The translations under genes and the position numbers were made by a program. Shown one piece after another: positions 30,035 through 38,921 of a DNA stretch of 64,000 nucleotides (position 1 is its first letter; each line of letters opens with the position of its first letter). The notes under the pieces were generated by a model. The model was given only the letters and a program-made list of their open reading frames with translations. It searched no databases and was not told the DNA's origin. The stretch is from Bacillota bacterium (GTDB taxonomy: Bacteria; Bacillota; JAAYKD01): contig OY762825.2 in the NCBI GenBank assembly GCA_963666425.2, positions 576,001-640,000 on the forward strand. The letters are read 5' to 3'.

Positions 30035-32605
30035 CTACAGCAAGTCCCCGGGTTCTTTGCGAGAAAACACAACTGCCGGCGCCCAAGCTGCCAAGACCGC
30101 ACTCAATAAACACATCATGAGCGGAGCAAATATCAGAAGTGCGGCATCCGGCGTAAACCTAATACTTTGACCCGATGTATATTGCTGTAACAGCGATATC
30201 CCTGTAGCCAAAAGCCCAGCCACAACAAAGGGATAACCGGTTTTTTTCATTAGCAAAATGATGGTTTGCCGCGCGGTAGCGCCGATGGTTCGTTGTATAC
30301 CTGTATATTTCGAAATCTCCCGTGTTTTAACAATGGTAAATGCAAACAAACCAAAACAAGTTTGCAGAATCAGCATAGCAATCAGAAACCACAAGGTATA
30401 CGTGTAGCTGCGCTGCATTTCAAGAGTCCGTTGCAAATCATAAGATGGTTCTGTCACTTTAATATCCGCTGTTTCCCGCAGTTGCTCGCTGAGCTGTGGA
30501 TACAATTCTTGGATTCTTGTATAGTCGCTGTTTCTGATGAGGATTTGCGGTTCAACCTTGTTCTGCCAAAAAGTATCTTTATTTTTCTCGTCGGTTGCAT
30601 AAATGCTGAGCAAAGGGTAAGTTAATCCCGGTCGCTCCATATACTCACCCAGATCGACGATCCCGACGATTTTTTTAATTTCCTTCGGACCGTAACTGTA
30701 AAATTCCGCCTCTTTTCCTAAAGCGTTTTCGGCTGAATCAAATAGAGCGGCTGCCAACTCTTTACCTACCGCTATTTCTTCGTATTGTTGCGGCCAGCTG
30801 CCTTGACTGACTGTTAACCCCTGGACTTTGGCGTACTGACCGGCGGTCACGATAAGGTCGGTCGTATACTGTACGCCATTCGCTTTAAAGGTGTATCTTG
30901 AATAAGCGCCTTGCCAGGCAATACTTTCTTCTTCTACTCCCAGATCAACCAGTTTGCCGATATAATCACTCGGTAAGTGGATTTCGTTTACTTGATGAAT
31001 GCTTTGAATCTGTATGAGATCAAATTGTGAGGTTTTCAGTTTTTCCTCCAGACGGCTTGTTTCCATGATGGTTGACCAGGTGCTTTGCTGGATGACAAGA
31101 ATGAGCAGGAAAAAGGTCAGTAAGCTGAGTTCACGCCGAAAATCAATTTTCCCCCATTGGAATTTTGATTTTCCCTTTAGGGCATCGATGGGACTCTGGC
31201 CCAAAACAAAGTAAGTACAGATCGTACTGCTGATGGAAGCAAAGAACAATGTGATAATTAAAAACGGGATAAGCGCGCTGATTTGAAACACATAGCGGAT
31301 ACCCAATAAGTAATAACAGACATTTAAGACCAACCATACACCCGGAATTGCGAAAACCGAAGCGGCAGATGAGAGCTTCAGATAATTCGTAGCGTATTCC
31401 AGTTCGATCTGCTCAGTACTGGAGCCCATCGCTCTGCGGATTGCAATGGCTTTTCGTTCCTGATATAAATGCAGCATGAGCAATGATGTGATCAGGAGCA
31501 TAGAAATAACTACCATTTTTATAAACAGATCGGTGAGAGGAGCCAATTCTTCATTTTCCATGCCAACCTTAAGCGGCGGAGTCAGATCGATCGGGATAGA
31601 ATAAACCTCCGTTTGAAAGCGTCCTTCGAAAGTGTCTAGCACTTTGCGCAAGGTTAAAGGGATATTCTCTTTTTGATCGATTTTGATCAAAAGATAGTTA
31701 GAAGGTTCCGGATTAAAAATAGCTTTGGCTGATTCTTCGTATTCGCTGCCTTCCAGGTATAAACCGGAGTCACTGGGTGATTTCCAAGCAGAATGTAATT
31801 CTTCGTTAGTTGCCGATTTTCTCTCAAGGGGATAATGCAGCTTTGCCATCAAGCGGCTCAAAAAAGCCGCGTCATCACCATAATCAAGGTAGATCATACT
31901 GTCGACTTCATCTGGATAAACCTGAGAGCCCGTCCATTGTAAGGAAGTCAGGATTTTCTGCGGGTAAAGATGCTCCAGTGAGGTCATAAAGCTAGGTTTC
32001 CAATCGAATTTATCCGATGGAGCCCCCTCAAAATAAAAACCTGCCGCATCATAGATATTCTTCATGGTTGACCCGAATTCCCATTTGTGCATTTCGTTGG
32101 CATAGGCTCCCAACACAGCCCAATTGTAATCCAATTCGTCGGGTAAGCGGTCTGTATCAGGGCTTAATTGCATAATTCTGAAATAGCTTGGCTCAACATA
32201 CAGCGTCTGAACATAGTGGCGAAAATAGGGCAATCGACCTTCAATCGAGTCTGTGGGGCGATTCGCCTCATAATGCGTAAAAGTGACGCGATTCTTCGCT
32301 ACCAGAGAAACCTCTTCCACATGTTCAATCGCTTTGATTTGTTTACTGTCCGCTTTGGTAAAGTACTCTGATGTGAGAAGTGTCGTATCATAATCCCATC
32401 CGATAGCATAGATCAAAGTCTGATCTTTTTCTTTTTCTTCATCGAGCTGAAATTCAATTCCGCTGCTCAAGCTGGCTGCAGCCATGACGCAGATCTCGAA
32501 TAAGAGTATACTTGTAAACAGAATCGCAGAAATCGTCCTTGTTATCGGTTCCATGGAGCGATAGTGTTGGAATAAACGCCTGATAGTTTGCTTTGCTTTT
32601 CTCAT
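30035..32605 (-). CDS. MacB/FtsX-type ABC permease with two repeats
   Basis: ERKAIAIRRAMGSS and GIQRTIGAT motifs; same architecture as 24911..27505; ATG after GAGGTG. Confidence 0.9.
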   Translation of the reverse strand: MRKAKQTIRRLFQHYRSMEPITRTISAILFTSILLFEICVMAAASLSSGIEFQLDEEKEKDQTLIYAIGWDYDTTLLTSEYFTKADSKQIKAIEHVEEVSLVAKNRVTFTHYEANRPTDSIEGRLPYFRHYVQTLYVEPSYFRIMQLSPDTDRLPDELDYNWAVLGAYANEMHKWEFGSTMKNIYDAAGFYFEGAPSDKFDWKPSFMTSLEHLYPQKILTSLQWTGSQVYPDEVDSMIYLDYGDDAAFLSRLMAKLHYPLERKSATNEELHSAWKSPSDSGLYLEGSEYEESAKAIFNPEPSNYLLIKIDQKENIPLTLRKVLDTFEGRFQTEVYSIPIDLTPPLKVGMENEELAPLTDLFIKMVVISMLLITSLLMLHLYQERKAIAIRRAMGSSTEQIELEYATNYLKLSSAASVFAIPGVWLVLNVCYYLLGIRYVFQISALIPFLIITLFFASISSTICTYFVLGQSPIDALKGKSKFQWGKIDFRRELSLLTFFLLILVIQQSTWSTIMETSRLEEKLKTSQFDLIQIQSIHQVNEIHLPSDYIGKLVDLGVEEESIAWQGAYSRYTFKANGVQYTTDLIVTAGQYAKVQGLTVSQGSWPQQYEEIAVGKELAAALFDSAENALGKEAEFYSYGPKEIKKIVGIVDLGEYMERPGLTYPLLSIYATDEKNKDTFWQNKVEPQILIRNSDYTRIQELYPQLSEQLRETADIKVTEPSYDLQRTLEMQRSYTYTLWFLIAMLILQTCFGLFAFTIVKTREISKYTGIQRTIGATARQTIILLMKKTGYPFVVAGLLATGISLLQQYTSGQSIRFTPDAALLIFAPLMMCLLSAVLAAWAPAVVFSRKEPGDLL

Positions 32606-32717
32606 GTTACACCTCAATATGAACACCTATAATTAGTAAGGATCATTACTTACTTACCAAAAAATTGTTCAACAATCATAAGTGGATCTTGATAATCGCC
32701 GGTTTTTAGAAAACGTG

Positions 32718-32855
32718 CTATTTACCAAACTTGGTGATCGATCCACCAAGATTAACTGTTTATCTCACCCAATCTACTGCTTTTATTACCACATCGCTTT
32801 TTTGGTATATTTCACTTATATCTTTCACCGACAATAGCGGTTTGCTACTTTCTAT
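32718..32855 (-). pseudogene. Decayed 5' remnant of the ABC ATPase
   Basis: Translates IESSKPLLSVKDISEIYQKSDVVIKAVDWVR*TVNLGGSITKFGK* versus MESSKPLLLVKDISKIYQKRDVEIRALDRASLEVYPGEWITLWG; ATG changed to ATA. Confidence 0.85.
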
Positions 32856-32874
32856 AATTTACACTCACTTTTGC

Positions 32875-34040
32875 TTAACGAGTGACATCGACTATCGCTT
32901 TTTCTAAAATGTTTTGCATCAGCAAACTATCTTCTTTGTTTCCTAAGGTCATACGGCAAATCCATTCGTTGATCATGATTCCTTTTCCATCGAACAAGAA
33001 GAAACTATACAACCCCACAGCTCGATCATCTGCTTCTACCAACATGGGGTGAATACTAGGAACCAGATTGAATCTCCGTACCATTTCGTAGTTCTGGTCT
33101 TCGTAAATCAGTAAATCCAGATACTTCTGCCGCAAATTCTCTGTTTCTTTCATAACCTTATCTATCTGTATCTCATAGGCATTACGATAATACCACTCGG
33201 GTTTTGTGTCTGCATTCTCACGAACCGCCAGTTCTTGTAGTATGATTGGGTACCTTGTCCGCACATCGGTAGCTGGTAAAACAATTACCACTTGTATCTG
33301 TTCTTTCAAAACATCGAGTAAAGTGGTTAATTGCGTAGGGAAGTTTCCAATTGTCCAATGAATCAGCAAGGTAGGTTTGGTTATTTTCAGCGCTTCTTTT
33401 TTTTGTGTTTGCGACCAAACTAAGCAAAGATCACCTAAAGGTTTGCCAATTTGCACCGGTGTCGGTGTTTCTTCTGCCGTTACAAAATAAGAATAAACAT
33501 CTTCATACTGATTCACTGCATAATAGAGATATTGCCTTTGAATTACCCCAGCTTCCAAGAACCAAATCACGGGATGAAAGTATTTTACAATGTCCAGATA
33601 ATCTTGCTCAAACCCTAATTTCAGTAAATCACTCTGCTGCATTTGAATCAGTGCGGTATTGGCTGGCAGATCCATCACCTCATAAAAAGGCAAGTTGCGC
33701 ATCGGCGCTAATCCGCCAATCAGGAGCGTGACAGGAGCACCCCGGCAAACTGCAATAAGTCTTGCATGACCAATTCTTCGTATAATGCATCGCTTCCCGT
33801 GGTCAGGATGACAAAACCGTCCCGAATACCTGAGATAGGAAACGCGTCACCTGTTTGCGTCTGTATGTACTCCCGCTGTTTTGAAACCTCTTCATCTGAA
33901 AAAGGTTTTAACACACTCCAAAGTTTGGGAGCGTCTTGAGAAATAACAGGTTCTTCTTTTTGTGACCGACACCCGCTGAGTAAAACCATGAGCAACACCA
34001 AAAAAAGGCTGCTAATTTTCACCGAGAGCGAGCGATTCAT
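32875..34040 (-). pseudogene. Frameshifted redoxin-fold lipoprotein (close paralog of 28851..30017)
   Basis: The 106-aa and 275-aa ORFs match the two halves of the paralog; one base is missing at the C4 run 33740-33743 (paralog has agctt at the equivalent site). Confidence 0.85.
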
Positions 34041-34059
34041 AGGTTCTGATCTTCCTTCC

Positions 34060-34197
34060 TTACAGCAAGTCTCCGGGTTCTTTCCGAGAGCATTCTCTTG
34101 CCAAGCAATTATCTAATTTGTCCATTTTGCTTGCCAGGGCTATTGTGATTTTGTCCGCTTGAAGCACACAACAAAACATAATCATTAATTCCAGCAT
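34060..34197 (-). pseudogene. 45-codon chimeric ORF ending in a permease 3' remnant
   Basis: MLELMIMFCC...CSRKEPGDLL*; the last 9 residues equal the C-terminus of the 30035..32605 permease (SRKEPGDLL). Confidence 0.65.
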
Positions 34198-34605
34198 TAT
34201 CCTTATTTCCCCTTTTTAATTTCTTAATTAAAACATACTCTATCCGATTTTGTTACTTGAACAATTTGCTTTTTATATTATATTCCGACATTACAATTTC
34301 TAATCATTATGTAGAAAGTATATTTACTTGATTCTCTGTATTTTTGCTGGTCAATTATGCACAGCGTTAAAAAGAAAACTCTATTTCAAACTGTTTTATT
34401 TTATTTTCACATTATTATCAACAAGACGAAAGCATTTTGAATCTTTCAATAAAACCAGCAAATCGCTGCATGATTCCTTCTATCTGTCGCATCCTATTCT
34501 CTTTATTGATCTCCTTCTTAGAAGAACGTCAATCAATTTCCGTGACGCAAGTCTTTTTGCTTACAGGAATCAATCGGTGTTGCTGTTATTTCCCGATGCA
34601 GCACC
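34175..34605. repeat. ~430-bp AT-rich non-coding element, copy B
   Basis: Direct-orientation homolog of 23096..23529. Confidence 0.85.
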
Positions 34606-34716
34606 CGGAACCGCAGCAAAATGGCTACAGATAAAAACAGGGCTGAATGTCTGCTTTTGCAGTCACTCAGTCCTGTTTATTTGGTTAATTACAGATCACT
34701 CCATTGTTTTTACTCC

Positions 34717-36048
34717 CTATTTTAGGGCTGCGATATCCAGAGCCAACGCAGTAAAAATGGCGGATCCCAAGGGTAAGCAACGCTCGTCGATATCAAAATC
34801 GATGGTGTGCGCACCACCGGCAGCGGATGCATTGGCATCTTCGCCTTTGTTCAAACTGGCGCCGATCCCCATATAGGTAACTTGACCGCCGTTTTGTTTG
34901 ACGCGCTCCATCATATAGGTGAAATCCTCACTGCCGCCCAGTTTGCCTTCGGATGGAGAAACTTGGTCGAAGCAGCCTAGTTCCGTTGCGACTCTAATCA
35001 CTCTCTGCATCAATTCCGGGCTGCTGCTGCCGCTTTTGGCGGAGCCCATTTGTTTTAACTCCAATTCGCAATCATACATCATCGCCGAACCCTGCAGTAC
35101 CTGCATGGCACGACCGTACATATATTGATCGAGTTCGCTCGTATCGCCTCTGGTTTCAATCGCCATTACCGCATGATCCGGTATCACATTTCTGCCGGTG
35201 CCAGCTTGCAGGCGACCGACATTGATCCGCGTGGCTCCCGCTTTGTGCCGGGAAATGGCGTATAGGTTAAGCGCCGCATTGGCAGCAGCTAAAAGCGCGT
35301 TTTTGCCGCCGTCCGGATTGCCGCCTGCATGTGCAGCCTTACCGGTGAAAATGGCATCAAATTTACTGGTAGCCAGCATGCCAGCCTGCCCCGGCAGCAA
35401 ACTGCCAACCGGTGAACTGCTGCCGAGATGCGCTCCCAGCATATATTCTACATCATCCAGAATACCGGTTGCCGTGAGTGGTCTAGCCCCACGGCCCCCC
35501 TCTTCTGCGGGTTGAAAAACCAATTTGATCGTACCTTTAAACTGATTACGGTATTGCATAAGCAGTTGAGCAACGCCTAAGCCGATGCTGGCATGACCGT
35601 CATGACCACAGGAATGCATCATCTTGGCATTAACGGAAGCAAATCCATCTCTGCCGGGACGCCGTTCCTTTGTCTGCGGTTCATTCATTTCCACGGCATC
35701 AATATCAAAACGCATACCGATGATGGGGCCTTCCCCATTCTTCAAGATTCCAACCACACCGGTAAATCCACCACGCATCTTCTCAGCGTATTCCAGCACA
35801 GCTCCCTGGGAGAGAGCGCGCTGGTATTGCTGTTCCAATTCCTCTTCGGTAAGCAAGCCCATGCGTTCTTCGGCGCAGATCACTTCTCTGCCCAGTTTCA
35901 CTTCATAGCCAAGCTGAGCCAGTTCACGCGCAATTAGGGAAGCTGTGCGGAATTCTGTCCAGGCCGATTCGGCATAGTGGTGGAAATCACGCCGCAAAGC
36001 CGTTTGATGCTCCTGCAGTGCGAATGCTGCTGCTACTAAATTCTGCAT
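34717..36048 (-). CDS. M20 amidohydrolase, AbgA-like
   Basis: RRDFHHYAESAWTEFRT, RFDIDA, MHSCGHDGH, QPAEEG, GSEDF; start moved to MQNLV after AAGGAG. Confidence 0.88.
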   Translation of the reverse strand: MQNLVAAAFALQEHQTALRRDFHHYAESAWTEFRTASLIARELAQLGYEVKLGREVICAEERMGLLTEEELEQQYQRALSQGAVLEYAEKMRGGFTGVVGILKNGEGPIIGMRFDIDAVEMNEPQTKERRPGRDGFASVNAKMMHSCGHDGHASIGLGVAQLLMQYRNQFKGTIKLVFQPAEEGGRGARPLTATGILDDVEYMLGAHLGSSSPVGSLLPGQAGMLATSKFDAIFTGKAAHAGGNPDGGKNALLAAANAALNLYAISRHKAGATRINVGRLQAGTGRNVIPDHAVMAIETRGDTSELDQYMYGRAMQVLQGSAMMYDCELELKQMGSAKSGSSSPELMQRVIRVATELGCFDQVSPSEGKLGGSEDFTYMMERVKQNGGQVTYMGIGASLNKGEDANASAAGGAHTIDFDIDERCLPLGSAIFTALALDIAALK

Positions 36049-36059
36049 TGTTACGCTCC

Positions 36060-37502
36060 TTATTTGACGGGAGATGGCTGAATACCGGCGGGAATGGGGC
36101 AAACGTAAGCGCCGTCGCTCAGGCGTTCCGACAATTCCTGCTTTGCTGCGGTCAATTGTTCCGGCTGCAGAATTAAATCCAAACCGACGCCAGCCATGGC
36201 TTTCGCCGCTTCCAGCATGCCGGTGTGCGCCCAGTGGTTCTTGCCCTGCGCTACCAGCTGCCAGGAATGGCCGGGGGTATTCAAAGCGGTGCAGCTCGTA
36301 TTGCATTGCACAGTGGGGGTGATCCAGGAGACATCAGAGACGTCGGTAGAACCGGACATGGCTTTCTCCGATGTCTTATGCGGAACAATCGCATCGGTAA
36401 TCGGCTGTTTCAGCAGTTCCGCAGCCAATTTGCGTCCTTCTTTTTCGCCGAAGATCGCAATCAAGCCGTTATAGGAACTCTTCTTTTCTTCTTCCGAAAG
36501 AGTCGTTTGAATTTCAGCCGCAAAATCAAGTTCAGCCGCGCTTGGCTGACGTCTCGGAATCAAATTCAGATTCGAAAACATCAGATTTTCCATAACTTCA
36601 TTGGGGATCAAATTGGAACAAGCTTTGTCAATTTGAATGATTAGTTTGGTGGAGGTCATCAGAGCGGCACCGCGCGCGATATCGCAGACGCGTTCGTAAA
36701 TATCCTTGACCAGATTGTTTTTGGGAGCGCGGATCAAATAGAGAACTTCGGCTTCCGGCTGAACCACGTTCGGGCTTTTGCCGCCGGTATTGACAACAGC
36801 ATAATGCATGCGCGCTTCGCTGATCACATGTTCACGCAGGTAATTAACGCCGACATTCATCAGTTCTACGGCATCCAAAGCACTGCGGCCCAAATGCGGT
36901 GAACCACCGGCATGGGAAGCGCGGCCGATAAATTTAAAATAAACCTGGATATTTGCCAGGGAAGAACCGGTAGAAACCATGGTTTCACTGCCTGGATGCC
37001 AGGTGATGGCGGCATCTACTCCGCTGAAAACACCTTCTCTGGCCATGAAAGCTTTGCCGGAACCGCTCTCTTCGCCGGGTGTACCGAAGTATTTGATGGT
37101 GGCAGACAGATTGTTTTCTTTGATGTAATCGCGCAGCGCCACAGCAGCTGCCAAAGCGCCGGCACCCAGCAAGTTGTGTCCGCAGCCATGACCGTTAGCA
37201 CCGGCAGTCAATGCTTCCCGCACGGCAACATCCTGTTTCTGACTCAAGCCGGACAGCGCATCGAATTCGCCAAGAAAACCCAGCACCGGTTTGCCGCTGC
37301 CCCAAGTACCGACAAAGGCGTAAGGGATCTGACCGACATTTTCTTCCACCGTAAAGCCTTCTTTGCGCAGTAAATCGCAGAGTACAGCGGAGGATTTTTT
37401 TTCTTCAAAACGCGTTTCAGCATAACCCCAAATGGTATCCGCAGCCTGGATATACTGCTCCTGTTTTTCATCCACCAAGGAAAAAAGATGTTCTTTCGAC
37501 AT
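36060..37502 (-). CDS. M20 amidohydrolase, AbgB-like
   Basis: LGEFDAL, GHGCGHNLLG, PGEESG, WHP, GSTDVSDVSW, PGHSWQ. Confidence 0.88.
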   Translation of the reverse strand: MSKEHLFSLVDEKQEQYIQAADTIWGYAETRFEEKKSSAVLCDLLRKEGFTVEENVGQIPYAFVGTWGSGKPVLGFLGEFDALSGLSQKQDVAVREALTAGANGHGCGHNLLGAGALAAAVALRDYIKENNLSATIKYFGTPGEESGSGKAFMAREGVFSGVDAAITWHPGSETMVSTGSSLANIQVYFKFIGRASHAGGSPHLGRSALDAVELMNVGVNYLREHVISEARMHYAVVNTGGKSPNVVQPEAEVLYLIRAPKNNLVKDIYERVCDIARGAALMTSTKLIIQIDKACSNLIPNEVMENLMFSNLNLIPRRQPSAAELDFAAEIQTTLSEEEKKSSYNGLIAIFGEKEGRKLAAELLKQPITDAIVPHKTSEKAMSGSTDVSDVSWITPTVQCNTSCTALNTPGHSWQLVAQGKNHWAHTGMLEAAKAMAGVGLDLILQPEQLTAAKQELSERLSDGAYVCPIPAGIQPSPVK

Positions 37503-37609
37503 AATACCCCTCCATCATCATGAGATTTATTATCCATTGAGCCAAAAAGCACGGCCGTAAGGGGATTGCTCCCGGCTCAAAAATAACCATCAGCAAGAAC
37601 CCGATTGCT

Positions 37610-38179
37610 TTAGCTTTTGGGTTTGATCAGCGGAATTTGCTTTTGGCAAAGCGGGCATTCTTCTGCTGCATAGCTCGCAATATCCATGGTCATCAGTGAA
37701 ACAAAGGGAACTCCGTCAAAGGAGACCTGACCGCCGGTCCGATCAAACAGGGCGGCAACGCCGACCAATTCCGCCGGGCTGTTCTGCACCAGATCGATCA
37801 CTTTGCGAATGGAACCACCGGTGCTGACCGCATCTTCAATGATCACAACGCGGTCCTGCTTGGTTAAGGTAAAGCCGCGCTTCATCGCCATCTTATCACC
37901 GTCTTTTTCGGCAAACATGGCGCAGCAGCCTAAGATTCGCGCCAATTCATAGGCCAGGATGACACCGCCCATGGCAGGTCCGATGATGATGTCGGGATCC
38001 AGGGCTGCCACTTTGGGTGCCAGCAGCCGCAACAGCTGTTCGGTTGCGTCCGGATGCATGGTTAATTGGCTGCATAATAAAAACTGGTCACTGTGCCGCC
38101 CGGAAGTCAGTAAAAAATGGCCGTCGCGCAAGACATCCAATCGCTTCAACAGGCTGACGATTTCTTCTTGTTTCATCAT
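37610..38179 (-). CDS. pyrE: Orotate phosphoribosyltransferase
   Basis: GHFLLTSGRHS; PRPP motif VVIIEDAVSTGGS; follows pyrF. Confidence 0.95.
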   Translation of the reverse strand: MMKQEEIVSLLKRLDVLRDGHFLLTSGRHSDQFLLCSQLTMHPDATEQLLRLLAPKVAALDPDIIIGPAMGGVILAYELARILGCCAMFAEKDGDKMAMKRGFTLTKQDRVVIIEDAVSTGGSIRKVIDLVQNSPAELVGVAALFDRTGGQVSFDGVPFVSLMTMDIASYAAEECPLCQKQIPLIKPKS

Positions 38180-38901
38180 AACCCCTCCTTCATATTTTGC
38201 AATACTACCTGCACGGCTGCCGCGGGATCCGCTGCCGCTGTAATTGCCCGTCCAACCACAATATAGTCACTGCCGCCCGCCATTGCCTCGGCCGGCGTGG
38301 TCACTCGCTTTTGGTCATCCTGTACGGTGATCATGCGAATACCGGGGGTGACTGTATACAAGGTGCCGCCGGAGAAACGCTTGACCAGCGCCGCTTCGCG
38401 GGGGGAACAAATAACGCCATCGGCGCCGTTTGCCTGTGCCAGCAAGGCGCGGCGCACGACCAATTCATCAAGTCCTAAGCTGTTGCCATCCTGCAGTAAA
38501 TCTTCCTCGTTCAGACTGGTCAAGACGGTAACACCCAAAATCAACGGTCTGGCAATACCCAGCACCGCGGCACGGCGTTCGGCGGCTTCTCTGGCAGCCT
38601 GAATCATAGCGGCTCCGCCGCTGACGTGCAGCGTCAACATATCCACGCCATAATTGACCAATTGCTCCACCGCTTTGCCGACCGTATTGGGAATGTCATG
38701 CAGCTTCAAGTCCAAAAATACTTTCGCATCGTTTTGTTTGGCGAGGGCGATGGCTTTGGGACCGGCCGCCAGATAAAATTCAAAACCAACTTTAAAATAA
38801 CCCACCTGACTGCTGACGGAATTGACCAACTGCTCAGCGCTTGCTAAATTGGGGTAGTCGAGTGCGACGATCAAACGATCGCGCAAATTCAATTGTTCCA
38901 T
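38176..38901 (-). CDS. pyrF: Orotidine-5'-phosphate decarboxylase
   Basis: LIVALD, FLDLKLHDIPNT, VTVLTS, TPGIR, DDQKR, VVGR. Confidence 0.97.
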   Translation of the reverse strand: MEQLNLRDRLIVALDYPNLASAEQLVNSVSSQVGYFKVGFEFYLAAGPKAIALAKQNDAKVFLDLKLHDIPNTVGKAVEQLVNYGVDMLTLHVSGGAAMIQAAREAAERRAAVLGIARPLILGVTVLTSLNEEDLLQDGNSLGLDELVVRRALLAQANGADGVICSPREAALVKRFSGGTLYTVTPGIRMITVQDDQKRVTTPAEAMAGGSDYIVVGRAITAAADPAAAVQVVLQNMKEGL

Positions 38902-38921
38902 TTCATTTGCTCCTCTCCGCA

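Noticed and set aside
22700-34650. RiPP/bacteriocin cluster, prophage or ICE
   Set aside because: No modification enzyme, C39 peptidase transporter, double-Gly precursor, integrase or phage gene seen; the radical SAM at 19.4-21.2 kb is separated from the island by kbl.
34328-34876. 182-aa plus-strand ORF across repeat copy B
   Set aside because: No RBS, overlaps the abgA-like 3' end antisense, and copy A has no equivalent open frame.
36049-36306. N-terminal extensions in the ORF track (abgA-like here; also murC, the 28851 lipoprotein, MFS, MTase, queT, GNAT)
   Set aside because: They overlap neighbouring genes or RNA elements; downstream starts have proper RBSs and family-typical N-termini.
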